Of a stretch of 64,000 nt of DNA, positions 13,086 to 25,656 are shown in pieces (positions within the stretch are counted from its first letter, which is position 1; each line of letters opens with the position of its first letter). Location: positions 19,752,303 through 19,816,302 of the forward strand of contig CM082577.2 of the NCBI GenBank assembly GCA_040954595.2. Direction: 5' to 3'. A program made the position numbers and the translations under genes. The notes under the pieces are model-generated. The model did not search any database and was not told where the DNA came from. It saw only the letters and a program-made list of their open reading frames with translations. This DNA is from Balanoglossus misakiensis. Lineage: Eukaryota > Animalia > Hemichordata.

Positions 13086-13302
13086 CATCTTGTTTGTCAA
13101 AGGTTTGCCTTTTTTCAGATGGCACCAAGGTTATATTGTCTGCACGAAGCACAAAGTAGGAGACTTTCTTATTCCTCAACCAAAGATTATAACCACCTTC
13201 AATATACACCGGAGCATAGGTTGGGTGTTCAGCCAACAGTTCCTTCTGTTCCGGACTCATCACTTGTGCTATAAAGTTCTCTCTTCCTGAATCATTAGTA
13301 TA
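13086..13302 (-). CDS. ECSIT: ECSIT coding exon 4
   Basis: Acceptor ttttttgtag|TAT, donor G|gtaagt. Encodes ...MSPEQKELLAEHPTYAPVYIEGGYNLWLRNKKVSYFVLRAD, the ECSIT C-terminal domain (SP.Q...H....PV..EG...LWLRNK...Y..LRAD). 217 nt, phase 0 to 1. Confidence 0.93.
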
Positions 13303-13736
13303 CTACAAAAAAAATGATCAAGGTAAATTTCAGACATGCATGCACTGCAGTCAATCCCAACAAAAAGATGACATCACTTAAACTTTGATCACACTAAAAA
13401 TAGCTTTTTAATAATGTTCAGATGTTATTCTCGTTTACAGTTTACAAAAACTGTATACAGACAGTGCCACAAGACAGTGTGCTGTCCTAACAACAGACAA
13501 GATGGCTGATCATAGTCTGTGTTGGATATCAGGAAAAAACAGCAAATTGGGTGAAAAATTGGACAAAACTAAAGTCTACTTATATTATACGATGCACATG
13601 AAATATAGAAGGAAGCGAAGGCAGTCCACTATTTGAATGCATCAAACGAGAAACTTGCAGAACATTTGTATCGGATGTAATGTTTGTACACACAAAATTA
13701 TGCACATGCGCATGAGACGACAGTCGCCTTTTAATT

Positions 13737-14455
13737 ATTATCACATGAACTGGCCCAGATCACCACCTGTGTGACGTAGACCAGGACAGATCAAAAATCC
13801 AGATCACCCCTGTTCTACGTCATCAACCGGAACTATCTCCACCGATTTGCCGTAGCTTTGTTGTCAAACAGAAAAAGTATGTGTACCGACATTTACAATA
13901 CAGAAATGAAATAAAAAAATGACGGTTCCATGACAATATCGCTTTGTAAGCTCAAAACAAAAAGGCGGAATTTGGAAAGAAGACAGTCGACGCAATGATC
14001 ATGGACGATCGTGGCTGTCAAAGTTCTGGGTCAGGTACATAGCCTAGGCTAGGCACAAGTCCAGTACATTCCGAGTCGAATCAGCGTGGGGAATTGTTTC
14101 GAGCCAGTTCAGCGTGACGACTGAACCTCTATATTCCCCCGGTCAACGAAATGTATAAGACGTGGCAACAGGTCGCAGTAAAATTGTAAGATAATCGATT
14201 ACATTTGTGTAAGGCAGAACTTCGAGCGAACGGAACTCAACGGGACGACTTGTTGGGAGATTTTATGAATGATCAGCGACAGTTCATCGTTTGCGTATAT
14301 GCAAATGATGAACTATCGCTGATCATTCATAAAATCTCCCAACATATATCTCGCAGGGGAAAATAATCCCGCTCAGTAAAATACGACGCCGCTCCAAAAT
14401 TGTTGCAAGATACTGAATTTTTTTAGTCCTGCCTCTTCTAACGAAAAATAAGAAG
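13737..14455 (+). mobile_element. Hairpin-containing interspersed repeat, copy 2
   Basis: Same start (ATTATCACATGAACTGGCCC) and same palindrome (14251-14344) as copy 1, plus an extra ~70-bp segment. Confidence 0.7.
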
Positions 14456-14743
14456 ACCGTTCTTTGTCGTCTGGACGCGTTCACAATCTCCCGCATGTAT
14501 GGCTTCAAAGAGCGACAGGCCTAATTAACCTGTTCGGATTAGTTGGACGATATTTAACTGCAAATGGATAGTAAATATATCAGAGTTGCAACCAACAGCA
14601 CAGTATCAGTTGTCCAAAATAGGCCTACAGCTACAGTTCTCCCAAGATCGAGACCTTCACTGCATGCAATGACTCTGGACGCTACCCTAATGCTCTATGT
14701 ACATGTACATGTATCTAATATTCGGTGTACTAAAATTAATATT

Positions 14744-15812
14744 ATATTATACCAGTATATTGATGGTGTAAATCACGCTATTATATTATACCAGTATATT
14801 GATGGTGTAAATCATGCTATTTGATTGGTCGAGACATGACACGTGACCGTGATATATTAGCCATATACCACAGTCATATATCATAGTCAAAATGCCTTTT
14901 TAAAATGTTTTATGCAAAGTTTCAATATACTGGCATAATATAATACTCCCCCAGCCATGGTATACCACGAGATTTTGACCAGTTCACGACATATACGCAC
15001 GAGCGATAGCGAGTGCGTATATGGCTGGGGGTGTTTTATTGCTTAATTATATTATACCAGTATATTGATGGTGTAAATCACGCTATTTGATTGGTCGAGA
15101 CACGACACGTGACCGTGATATATTAGCCATATACCACAGTCATATATCATAGTCAAAGAAAATGCCTTTTTAAAATGTTTTATGCAAAGTTTCAATATAC
15201 TGGCATAATATAATACTCCCCCAGCCATGGTATACCACGAGATTTTGACCAGTTCACGACATATACGCACGAGCGATAGCGAGTGCGTATATGGCTGGGG
15301 GTGTTTTATTGCTTAATTATATTATACCAGTATATTGATGGTGTAAATCACGCTATTTGATTGGTCGAGACACGACACGTGACCGTGATATATTAGCCAT
15401 ATACCACAGTCATATATCATAGTCAAAGAAAATGCCTTTTTAAAATGTTTTATGCAAAGTTTCAATATACTGGCATAATATAATAGCAATAAAACACCCC
15501 CAGCAATGGTATACCACTCGATTTTGACCAGTTCAACTCCATATACGCACTCGCTATCGCTCGTGCGTATATGTCGTGAACTGGTCAAAATCTCGTGGTA
15601 TACCATGGCTGGGGGTGTTTTATTGCTTAATTTTATTGGTCGAGACACGACACGTGACTGTGATATATTCGTCATATACCACAGTCATATATCATAGTCA
15701 AAGAAAATGCCTTTTTAAAATGTTTTATGCAAAGTTTCAATATACTGGCATAATATAATAGCTGGTCAAAATCTCGTGGTATACCATGGCTGGGGGTGTT
15801 TTATTGCTTAAA
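14744..15812. repeat. Tandem array of a ~270-310 bp Crypton-like element
   Basis: Unit starts ATTATACCAGTATATTGATGGTGTAAATCACGC at ~14745, 14785, 15051 and 15321. A single dispersed copy lies at ~23748-24053. Confidence 0.85.
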
Positions 15813-15896
15813 TATCAATATGATTATTTTTACTGTTTAAAACATGCTTACTCTAGAGTGGTGATCAGCAAGAATTACATAAAAATGTTGAAAAAC

Positions 15897-16150
15897 TAGT
15901 CTGGTCCCCTGCCCCTTTCCCGCCGCTGGCTGCGCTACGCTAAAAGGAAAGGGTCAGACACGAACTATTGTAAACATGGCTCATATTGGCATACGGACAT
16001 TGGAGGCATCCCTCTTGTTTATGATCATGTGGTCTTTGTTTCATTATAATATGCGGGCCAGCTTTTTGGCCAAGATGGTGGCTTGTACCTGACCCCTTTC
16101 CTATAGGCGTAGCGCAGCCAGCGGTGAGAATGGGGCAGGGGACCAGACTA
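15897..16150. mobile_element. TAG-ended MITE (Academ-like)
   Basis: TIR TAGTCTGGTCCCCTGCCCC...GGGGCAGGGGACCAGACTA; flanks GTTGAAAAAC / GTTGAAAAAA (9-10 bp TSD). Confidence 0.7.
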
Positions 16151-16493
16151 GTTGAAAAAAAGGCCATACTTATAGCGGTTTTTGATTTTTATGTTGTAGC
16201 TGTAAAGCAAAAAGTCCTTTCAGAAATATGGCATGGCAGGTCTTTCATTTCCCGACTGCAATTTTTTGTTTTTGTTTGTAACTACAGCAATGGCTCCAGT
16301 TCTAGCTTTTCATCCAACATTCAATAACTAAATGTTTAAATGGAAGTGTACAGTTGTGGTTGATCAAAATAATGATACACAAAATAAAGGAATATACAAA
16401 GACTTTTGTTTTCTTTTGAGAACCTCACATAATCTTAATTTAATTGCTGCTAACCGGCCCCCCAAAACAGCTCTTGCAATGCTGTCTTCTTAC

Positions 16494-16714
16494 CTTAAAA
16501 ACATGAAAGTGAGCATCATAGTCAGAGATTCTCTTTAATCCAAGTTCTGCTACTTCTACTGGATCCTCCGGTAATTCTTTTGGAACAGGGAATGGATTAA
16601 CATGCCGAAATTTGTAAAACCAATACAGCATCCGCTGTAATTTTCTGACTGGGTGACCTTTACGACCAAAAACAGCCAGTAATACACCTTTTGTTTCTTC
16701 ATCTGGCATCACAC
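16494..16714 (-). CDS. ECSIT: ECSIT coding exon 3
   Basis: Acceptor atatag|GT, donor AAG|gtaaga. Encodes GVMPDEETKGVLLAVFGRKGHPVRKLQRMLYWFYKFRHVNPFPVPKELPEDPVEVA, matching the ECSIT GVMP...FGRK...NPFPVP...LP.DPVE motifs. 221 nt, phase 1 to 0. Confidence 0.95.
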
Positions 16715-16785
16715 CTATATTGATATGATAAGCAAAGAGGTATTGGTAGAAAGCATATACATGTATGCTATCTTGGTACCTTTAA

Positions 16786-17118
16786 AGGAACATTAGCTGT
16801 AACTTTCCGCTATATGGTATCAGTTCACGTCTGTGTACCAAATGCAGTTTCTTGTTTTACTGCAAACAGCATGTTAATATACCCAGTTCACAGCTATTCA
16901 ACATAGCCGGTAACAGCCATCCATTACTATTGTTGACAAAATGAATTCTAGTCCGGACTTGAATTCATTTTTTTGCATAATAATTATAATGCTAACTATA
17001 CACACACATGTTGCGTTAATAAGCTACATGTATATACTGGGCATCTCATTATGTTTCAAGAAACTGCAGAAGATACACAAAACAAATATAATGACATCAT
17101 AGCGAAAAGTTACAGCTA
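16786..17118. mobile_element. Kolobok-type MITE with its right TIR interrupted by family B
   Basis: TTAA-AGGAACATTAGCTGTAACTTT on the left; AAAGTTACAGCTA on the right, immediately followed by the family B TIR. Confidence 0.5.
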
Positions 17119-17119
17119 A

Positions 17120-18013
17120 GGGACCGTTCAGTTTTTACGGCTGGGAGGGGGGGGGGCGGCAAGTTTGTGTCATCGGTTTTCAAAATCAGGCCAACCCCCC
17201 CTTCACTCAGCACCAAAAAATGATGACCCCCCCTTTGACAGACCCAAAAATATGATGACCCCCCCCCCACGCCGAAAACATTCGCCGTCCTGATCCTATG
17301 TACACTGTATCCAATAAAGGGAATGAGGCTCCTCACACCTCAATTATAAATATCTTAAAAGTAATATAATAGTATATCGTTGCAATAAAGAAATCTATGA
17401 TAAAAATAAAATGACAAGTCAATACAATAGTTGCTAGAATTGGTAAAACAAGAAAAGTGGCGGGGGTGTCCCCCTCCCACATGAGAAAATTTTGTAAAAT
17501 ACGGTGCTCAAAGTTGCATTTTAATGAACTCAAAAGCAAATTAACTCAATGTTAGGCAGGACAAATTTTAATTTTGGCACTCCACTCAAAGTAAGCATCG
17601 GGGTGGGGTGGCAAGAAGTCTGCCCGGCCTGGTGACATCATTTATAAAACTTCTAGTATATAGAAGATGCAGCGCGAAAGTATAAGTTTTGCGAAATGGT
17701 TTAAACGATTATTTTCCTTTATGTATTTACTTTGTTAAATAATATCATCAATGGGGTTGGGGTGGCAAGCACTCTGCCCTGGTACACTAGACAAACCAGC
17801 AAAAAACGAAATGTGGCGGAGAATGAAGGGGGTGGGTGTGGGAGGGGGTGTTTTGTAAAATAAAGGGCGCGAAACTGCAATTTTGTGGACTCAAAAGCAA
17901 AAGTTCGGTGGCAAAAGTATGTGACCCCCCCTAAGCGTTTAAAAAAACCAGATGACCCCCCCCCCCCCTTTTGGACTTCAAAATTTAAGTGACCCCCCCC
18001 CCCCCCTGGATTT
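17120..18013 (+). mobile_element. Harbinger-type MITE family B (right end lost)
   Basis: TAA-GGGACCGTTCAGTTTTTACGGC start; body colinear with 6819-7944. Confidence 0.8.
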
Positions 18014-19173
18014 TCTCCGAAACACATTTTACACGTTTTTTGGCTCTCGCGTGTTTCACGAAAATTCATTGCTCGTGAAAATAACCCGTTTTAAAGTAGT
18101 TTGGTCCCGGTAGAAATGGGGGTTCAGACAGACTAAACATCCGGGCCAACACAAATTTGAACTTGTTACGACGGCTCAGTTGATCCTTCCCTGATGTACA
18201 TGTACTCTCCCGCTCATCCAATAAATGGTGAAGATGCTATGATGATTAAAATGGCGAGTGGCTGTCATATTTTCCCTTTTTGTGTGTAAAAAACGCAAGA
18301 AAATTGTGAACAGTACAAATAACCAGCCATTACCGGTATTCAAATCCGCCATTTTGAATTTTTACAGGTCAGAAAAGGTGGCAAATTTTCTCAAATCTGA
18401 GTCGGCCCAAATTCGGGTACCAGTAATTGTGGACGTAGCCAAAATCTATTCCCAAAAGGACATTTACTTTATGTCACCTTAAATTTACGTTGGGTCGACT
18501 GATGTGAACGTCACACATATACAAATTTCCACATGAAATACCTGAAAGTTTCCAGTGTTTATGTTAGCATAAAAAATTGCGTACTACACACATAGTTCTG
18601 TATCTGAATGCAAAATTAATATCGCTTTCGTAGATATCATACACATTCAATAAGAGACCTAGCAGCAGATAGAGCGCCGCTGTAATGGGTAAGGGTTGCA
18701 GAATCAAAGGCAGGGTGATATCATAAGCAGGTTATGATGAGAAGCTGAATATTCAACAAGCCAAAATATGAAGGGAGTGGAATAAGATAGTGTATATGTT
18801 TTATATCAGGTCTGTACATGTTTTATATCAGGACAATTTGATTATTAGGTCCCATTAGGTTGTGTATGTACCATGGGACCTAATGGAATCAATTACGTCT
18901 GTATGTACTGTAATAAGTCGGCTAAGCGCCCCTAGGCTACCAGGCAAATGCCCTACCCTAAAATTCTCTTAAATTTTAATTTTGAGGCCATATTCAATTT
19001 GCCCAAGCTCCCACCCCCACCCTTCGATCTTGAGCCCGTCATGGTCCATGGGGGGATAGTAGCCATCCACCACTCAAGCTGAATAAAAAAAATGTGACAT
19101 GGAGAAGGGACCTGTGTCTGACCTCAAAAAAGAGGTGAACAGCTAATGAAGGAAAATGCAGGTCGAGAAGAAC

Positions 19174-19753
19174 AAAAAATCGCGTCAAGGACAAGGTGGT
19201 CCCATTGAGTGATTACACAAGAAAAAGTCTACACCGGAGTACATGGCCATATACAGACAGACAGACACACACATAGCGAGAGATCAATGGGCAAACACTG
19301 ACTGACCCATAAGCTGCCAATGGCATATGTACTGTACATACACTAAATAGAACAGCTGGCCTCTTTAAAACTTAGCCAGTTATGTAATCACGCAGGAATT
19401 TGCTGTGTATATAAATCACAGGGGGTTCCTGTTTAATTAAAACAACTCAATAAAGTAAATACACACCACTTTGCAAAGCAATCTGACCAGTAGTTCTTGA
19501 GTTACTGAGTTTTGACCAAATTCAAATTTTTTCAGCTTATTTGCATATTTTTGGCAATGACAACTTTATTTGAACAAACTCCCATCTACAGCCCAGCCTG
19601 CATCAGCACACCAAATATCAAGTTGATACACGTAGCGGTTTTCAAGTTTTTGATGTGGACGGACATACAGACATACATCCATCCATACATACATACATAC
19701 AGACGCAACCGATCCCATAAGGTCCCATGGTACATACCAATGGGACCCAAAAA
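19174..19753 (-). mobile_element. HINE family 1, short copy
   Basis: Near-identical to 9897-10496, with the same ends (AAAATCGCGTCAAGGAC...CCAATGGGACCCAAAAA). Confidence 0.85.
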
Positions 19754-19799
19754 GTAAAATTTAGCAAAAATCACAATTTTTCATGCAATGCCACCATAA

Positions 19800-20147
19800 A
19801 GCCCCTATAGCTGCCAAATTTCACATATTTTTTTCCACAGTAAAATACGTCAAATGTATTCCCTATCCTCTAAAATCCTCCCCATTAAGCCATATTGCTT
19901 GCATTTGCATCAGTTTGTCATCTCTTGGCGACGCATACCACGATAGCTGCGTACTGTTTGTATGGAGGCTGATTAAATCGGTGCGGCACCTGTTTTAATA
20001 CATAGCGTGTTCAATACTACATACAGCCACAATCGGGCATCGATCAGATGTTCATGTATACCTATCAGTAAGCTTATTTAGATGGACCAATTTAAGTTGG
20101 AAAATAAAGTCGTGAAAATATTGCAAAAAGTGGCAGCTCTAGAGGCT
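19800..20147. mobile_element. Kolobok-type MITE
   Basis: AGCCCCTATAGCTGCCA...TGGCAGCTCTAGAGGCT, flanked by ATAA and TTAA. Confidence 0.55.
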
Positions 20148-20418
20148 TTAATGACACGACATGCCTCATTATTAAGATACAAATATACACTCTATCACCA
20201 TGCTTTTTTTCCTTCCCAAAGGTTTGCACAATCATTTTGAGTCACTTCGCCACCTGGTATTTACCTTTTGACTTTTCATATTGTTAGACGCATATGTGGG
20301 GAGTGGCTGTGTTGCCTTTTTTGTCTGTTTGTGTTTCTTTTCATAAATGTTCTTGAATGGAATTTTCCTGCATCGATATAATGATTGTAACACAAAGTTT
20401 GCACTTTGTTGACCTTAC

Positions 20419-20830
20419 CATTATCTTCCATCTGTTGTAGCACCTTGATTGCACACGTCTGTTGATCTGGATAATGGTGAAACATAGTCTGGATAAAGTT
20501 TTCTGGGATAAATTCTCCTTTAGGAAATATATGTAGAATTCTGTTGTAGGCTTTGACATCTTTCTCCAAGCCAAACCTTTTCATCCATTTGAGGGCAATA
20601 TGTATAAATTGTACATGTCCACGTCTTCTTATGTCTCTTCCTTCAAAAGTTTCAATTGCTTTTTCAAAATTTTTTCTGTTAGGTTTCTTCTTGTATGCAT
20701 CTTCAAAGACATTGTCCTGTAGAACAACTGATGTTTTGCTTCTTTCCTTTTGGAAAATCTCAGCATATCTTTTGTCTCGTTTATCTTGACTATTTGTTAT
20801 ACATGTGTGAAAACGTGCTGCTCCAGTTAT
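20419..20830 (-). CDS. ECSIT: ECSIT coding exon 2
   Basis: Acceptor tttttaccag|ATA, donor G|gtaagg. Encodes ...RRRGHVQFIHIALKWMKRFGLEKDVKAYNRILHIFPKGEFIPENFIQTMFHHYPDQQTCAIKVLQQMEDN, the conserved ECSIT N-terminal domain. 412 nt, ends phase 1. Confidence 0.95.
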
Positions 20831-21550
20831 CTGGTAAAAATAAACCAAACATAAGTGACATTGAATATTTCTCCTTCAACAAAAACTTTTAACCCTTCCC
20901 TTTTAGAGCAAAAAATGCGAACTACATTATTTTGGTCATTATTGTTTCATTTCATAAGTGAAATTAAAGAGAATTTCAGTCTGACCCGGGCATATATCCA
21001 TGATGCATCAACACACAAAATTTAAAGCTTGTATCTATTCCGGTCCTAAAATTTTGAGTTCACCGACACCCTCACACACATACATACATACATATAACAT
21101 ACATACATACATACATTATAACATAAACAGAACAACATACTACCAACCTTTGAGGCGTTTCTACATCTACAGTAAAGCGTTGATTATCCGAACGTTGATT
21201 ATCCGAATTGTTTGGCCATCCGAGCTCACTCTGTGTCCCCCCCCCCCCAGAGTCTACATGTAGACGTATAGGCCCACCTTGTTTAGTTAATCATTGTTTG
21301 ATGATCACGGCCCTCTCTGTCAAAGGACGGCATTATAGTACAGCACTTTCCTATTTGCCTAATGTTTTGTATCCTCGGGTATGTATCATTTGGATGCAAT
21401 CACAAGAGGTGTGAAAATAAACAGCTCGACAATGGCACGGTTTGTCAGCTTTGCTATAAAAAGGATGCGACCGATGGTCGGCTTCTTCTTTAAAAGTTTG
21501 CGGCATTTTGTCAAAACTTGAAAGTGTTAACTAGTTCGGTAGATGTGTTT

Positions 21551-22967
21551 AAAATCGCGTCAAGGACACGGTGGTCCCATTTAGGGATTACACAAGAAAA
21601 AAGTCAACACTGGAGTACATATACAGACAGACAGACACACACATAGAGAGACCAACGACAAACACTGACTGACCCATAAGCTGCCAATGGCATGTGTACT
21701 GTACGTATACCAAGTAGAACAGCTGGTCTCTTTAACAGTTAGCCAGATATGTAAATATGCAGGAATTAGCTGTGTATACAAATCTCAGTAGGGCGTTTCT
21801 ATGTACTGGCAATTGCTCTTCTTGAGATGAAATTTTTTGTGGTATGACGAAAGATCGTACAAAATAAAAAAGTTCAGAATTACCTATGATTTGATTCCAT
21901 TATAATACTGAAGAAGCTAATCCCATCAACTTACAACTCAAATTTTAAAGTAATCAGCCATTCAATTCACTTTCTGAGAAATATAATTTTTTTTATCAAA
22001 AAATGAAATTATGCCCCCAAAATACAAGATATTGCCCCCACAAAACATTGACACTTTCATCATAGGTTTTGTAAATCCTCATGACAACTCACCTTGGAAC
22101 CTTCAAATCAAATTTCAAAGCAATGGGGTAGAGGGTTCTGAGATGAGTTTTGACCAAAAATATCAAAAATCACCCCCAAAATATACTATTGAATTATTCA
22201 AGTTAATTTGAAAAACATACATGCAAATCTTACTTGGGGTACCCGTAGGAACATGCCTACCAAATTTCAAATCAATCTGACAAGCAGTCTTACGAAAAAC
22301 AAATTTTGACCAAAAATGGCAAAAATCTACCCAAAAATATACTATTGAATTCTTCAAATTGATTTGAAAAACATACATGCAAATCTTACTTGGGGTACCC
22401 GTAGGAACATGCCTACCAAATTTCAAAGCAATCTTACAAGCGGTTTTACAGAAGAAAAAAAAATTGATCAAAAAGGCAAAAATTGCTCCAAAATTATAAA
22501 TATGCACATTTTGCAGCAATTTAAACAAAACTTTTGTAACTCAGATCACCTATATGAAGCCCCATACTAAATTTCAAAGAAGTCGGCTGATCTATTCCAG
22601 AAAAGTAGATTTTTTACCAAAAATGTGGAAAATTCACACTAATAGCTCAAACCATACAGAACTGTGTGAGGTTAATATAAGGTACATGCATACCAATTTT
22701 TATATCAGTATGACCAGTGGTTGTTGAGTTTTGACCAATTTCACGTTTTTCCCAGCTAATTTGTATATTTTTGGCAATGACAACTTCGTTTGAACAAACT
22801 CCCATCTACAGCCCAGTATGCATCTACACATCAAATATTGAGGTTATACACACAGCGGTTTTCAGTTTTTGATGTGGACGGACATACAGACATACATCCA
22901 TCCATACATACATACAGACAGACACAACTGATTCCATAAGTATATTACATAACCAAATGGGACCTAA
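21551..22967 (-). mobile_element. HINE family 1, long copy with internal tandem repeats
   Basis: Same termini as the short copies; internal ~150-bp direct repeats (22150-22450). Confidence 0.8.
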
Positions 22968-23224
22968 CAAGAAAATTAGAATATTCTAACATATGGAAAA
23001 TTAAGTATACGGCAGCTATCTTGGATAAACCTTAAAACTTACACATTTCCGGTCATCAGATTTTGGTAGACTTTTTATGTTATTAAGGAGATTCAATACT
23101 ACAGAAAACCGTGGCATTGAGAATTGTTGCTACTTTTTTAGGGTAAGGTCCTAATCTTTTATTTTATAAGTGCAGCTAACTATAGATGGAATATCATAAA
23201 ACCCACATAATAGAAGATACATAC

Positions 23225-23323
23225 CTTAGGTGTCAAGTACTTGAAATACTGGACAGTATTGAGAAGTCTACAGTATGTAGTGCATGTTCCGCGAACTACA
23301 TACGCTATCCCAACAGATGACAT
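23225..23323 (-). CDS. ECSIT: ECSIT coding exon 1 (N-terminal, mitochondrial-presequence-like)
   Basis: Reverse complement reads aaaATG-MSSVGIAYVVRGTCTTYCRLLNTVQYFKYLTPK then donor AAG|gtatgt. 99 nt, phase 0, joins exon 2 in frame. No acidic residues, as expected for a presequence. Too short for the ORF track; found by eye and not supported by homology. Confidence 0.7.
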
Positions 23324-23450
23324 TTTAGGGCTTTGTAGAAAAAACAACTTTTACAAAAATATAGTGCAGCTGAAAAAAAAGATACATGTGTCATCAGCTG
23401 TGGTATATACCAGGTACTCTCAACACTAGCTGAACAGGTAATTTTTTTCC

Positions 23451-23725
23451 ATACATGAATCTACACTTCCAGAGAGCCCCAATGAATCATGGGAAATAAA
23501 GTGGGGTCACGGGGTCATTTCAAGATTTGTGCCAAAACTCTGCACGCGATTGTTTGTAGAAAAATGCGTATCGTGACTCAGTGCAAGGTTGAAACTTGCC
23601 CTGATACGAATGCACTGCCATAGAACACCACTCACGCTTTGCAGAGTTTTGGCACAAATGACCCCGTGACCCCACATTATTTCCCATGATTCATTGGGGC
23701 TCTCTGGAAGTGTAGATTCATGTAT
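23451..23725. mobile_element. Foldback MITE just upstream of the ECSIT ATG exon
   Basis: Arms ATACATGAATCTACACTTCCAGAGAGCCCCAATGAATCATGGGAAATAA... and its reverse complement. Confidence 0.75.
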
Positions 23726-23747
23726 TACATATTATACTTTATATTAT

Positions 23748-24053
23748 ATTATACCAGTATATTGATGGTGTAAATCACGCTATTTGATTGGTCGAGACAC
23801 GACACATGACCGTGATATATTAGCCATATACCACAGTCATATATCATAGTCAAAAAAATGCCTTTTAAAAATGTTTTATGCAAAGTTTTAATATACTGGC
23901 ATAATATAATAGCAATAAAACACCCCCAGCCATGGTATACCACTCGATTTTGACCAGTTCAACTCCATATACGCACGAGCGATAGCGAGTGCGTATATGT
24001 CAACTGGTCAAAATCTCGTGGTATACCATGGCTGGGGGTGTTTTATTGCTTAA
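23748..24053. mobile_element. Single copy of the Crypton-like unit arrayed at 14744-15812
   Basis: Direct sequence match to the array unit, including the GCAATAAAACACCCCCAGCCATGGTATACCAC hairpin. Confidence 0.75.
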
Positions 24054-24468
24054 ATATACCTCATGCTAATACTGTGCCGTGATTCGCCAGAATCCGTCAC
24101 GTGATAGGAAAATAGAATCGACTATGAACCGGTAGGGAAATAGCAGAAAAAATATAAACCGGTCACGTGACGCGTCGTCTGACACAATGGCCACCGCTGA
24201 AGATGTCGTCTGCCAACCTTAAAAGAAAATTGCAAGATTTTCCAAACTGTTAGCATGAGGTTTATTATAAAACACCTATGGCCAGGCCTATATTCGGGCC
24301 ATAGCAGCCGTTTATTACCCCCTCGTGGCTGTGAGTTACCAGAATCATATGCTATTTCCCTCGGCCTACGGCCTCTGGAAATAGCATGTGATTCTGTTAA
24401 CTCACAGCCCCTGGGGTGTAATAAACGGCTGCTATGGCCCTCATGGCCAGGCAATAGGTGTTCAATAG
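24053..24468 (+). mobile_element. Hairpin-rich interspersed repeat (second copy at 42405-42857)
   Basis: AATATACCTCATG(G)CTAATACTGTGCCGTGA...GGCCAGGCAATAGGTGTTCAATA is shared by both copies. Confidence 0.7.
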
Positions 24469-24620
24469 CTTTATCAATACCAGTGTCATAGCTGAACATT
24501 ATTACTGATAATGTATCGTGTTCTTACACGGACGCGCGACGCGTACAATTTCTGACTGAATAACAGAGGTTTTCAAACAATGCGAACATTTTGAGGGCTA
24601 AAAAAGAAAAGTAAACATAA

Positions 24621-25179
24621 GGCTGCATTCACAAACACCTCTGGAGGGGGGGGGCAGGAGAATTGAGGGGGGGGATTTGAAAAAATTGAGGGTATGTAAG
24701 GGGGGGGATTTGAAATAATTTAGGGACTGAAAGGGGGGGGACTTGAAAACTTTGACGACTAAATATTTATTTTGAGTCCACAAAAATGCAGTTTCGCGCC
24801 CTTTATTTTACAAAATTTTCTAATGTGGGAGGGGGACACCCCCTCCCACACCCACCCCCTTCAATTCTCGGTTTACAATGTCTCCCAACACAGAATACAA
24901 ATACTTAAACAATAAAAACAATGTTCAGTTTTAATACCCACTGATGAGGGGAAACATCAGTTTCAAATTCTTTTCATGGGAACGCTGTTTTTCTTTTTTT
25001 ACAAGATAGATGTGTTTTGCTCTGTGAAAGAAAATGGGGGGGGGATTTCAAAATTTTGGCAGTACGGAAGGGGGGGATTTGAAAATATTTCGGGTTGTGT
25101 GGGGGGGCATGTGAAAATTAGCGGTAAAAAAAATTGAATTCTCCCGCCCCCCCCTCCAGAGGTGTTTGTGAATGCAGCC
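24621..25179 (-). mobile_element. Harbinger-type MITE family A (internally deleted, inverted)
   Basis: Both GGCTGCATTCACAAACACC TIRs present; TSD TAA/TAA. Confidence 0.85.
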
Positions 25180-25269
25180 TAAATAGAATAAATACGGCGA
25201 TATTTATTAATTTCCAAACCTGACCTCGACTGGCGATTTTTTCCTTCCTACTGCAGTGGTACATGTCGT

Positions 25270-25546
25270 AAAAAAAGCGCCAGGACCTTGGTGTGGGTGA
25301 TACCATTTTCCGATTGGTGTCACTGGGCGACAGAATAGGTGTATTTGCATAGCTATTGTTTGTACTTTGCGTCAGTTGATAAACAATCAGGAGCAAAGTC
25401 AAAATTTGTTTATATGTTGAAAGTTTTCATGAGCTATAACCCATTAAAAATATGAAAGTATGCTTAGCCTGTCACGCAGTGACACCAATCGGAAAATGAT
25501 ATCACCCACACCAAGGTGGGCAGAAGTTGGTCCTGGCGCTTTTTTC
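25270..25546. repeat. Foldback inverted repeat
   Basis: AAAAAAGCGCCAGGACC...TTGGTGTGGGTGATACCATTTTCCGATTGGTGTCACTG and its reverse complement at ~25469-25546. Confidence 0.65.
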
Positions 25547-25656
25547 CCATGATTCAAATGACAGTAAATGCCATATTGGAAATTCTGAGGAGAGCGTGAC
25601 ATTGCACATTTATTCGATATCGGATATTTATCGTCTAGTATTGTCTAAAACATTAA

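Noticed and set aside
24938-24963. CTGATGAGGGGAAAC in MITE family A as a minimal hammerhead
   Set aside because: No stem II; the segment is better explained as the short palindrome ACTGATG...CATCAGT.
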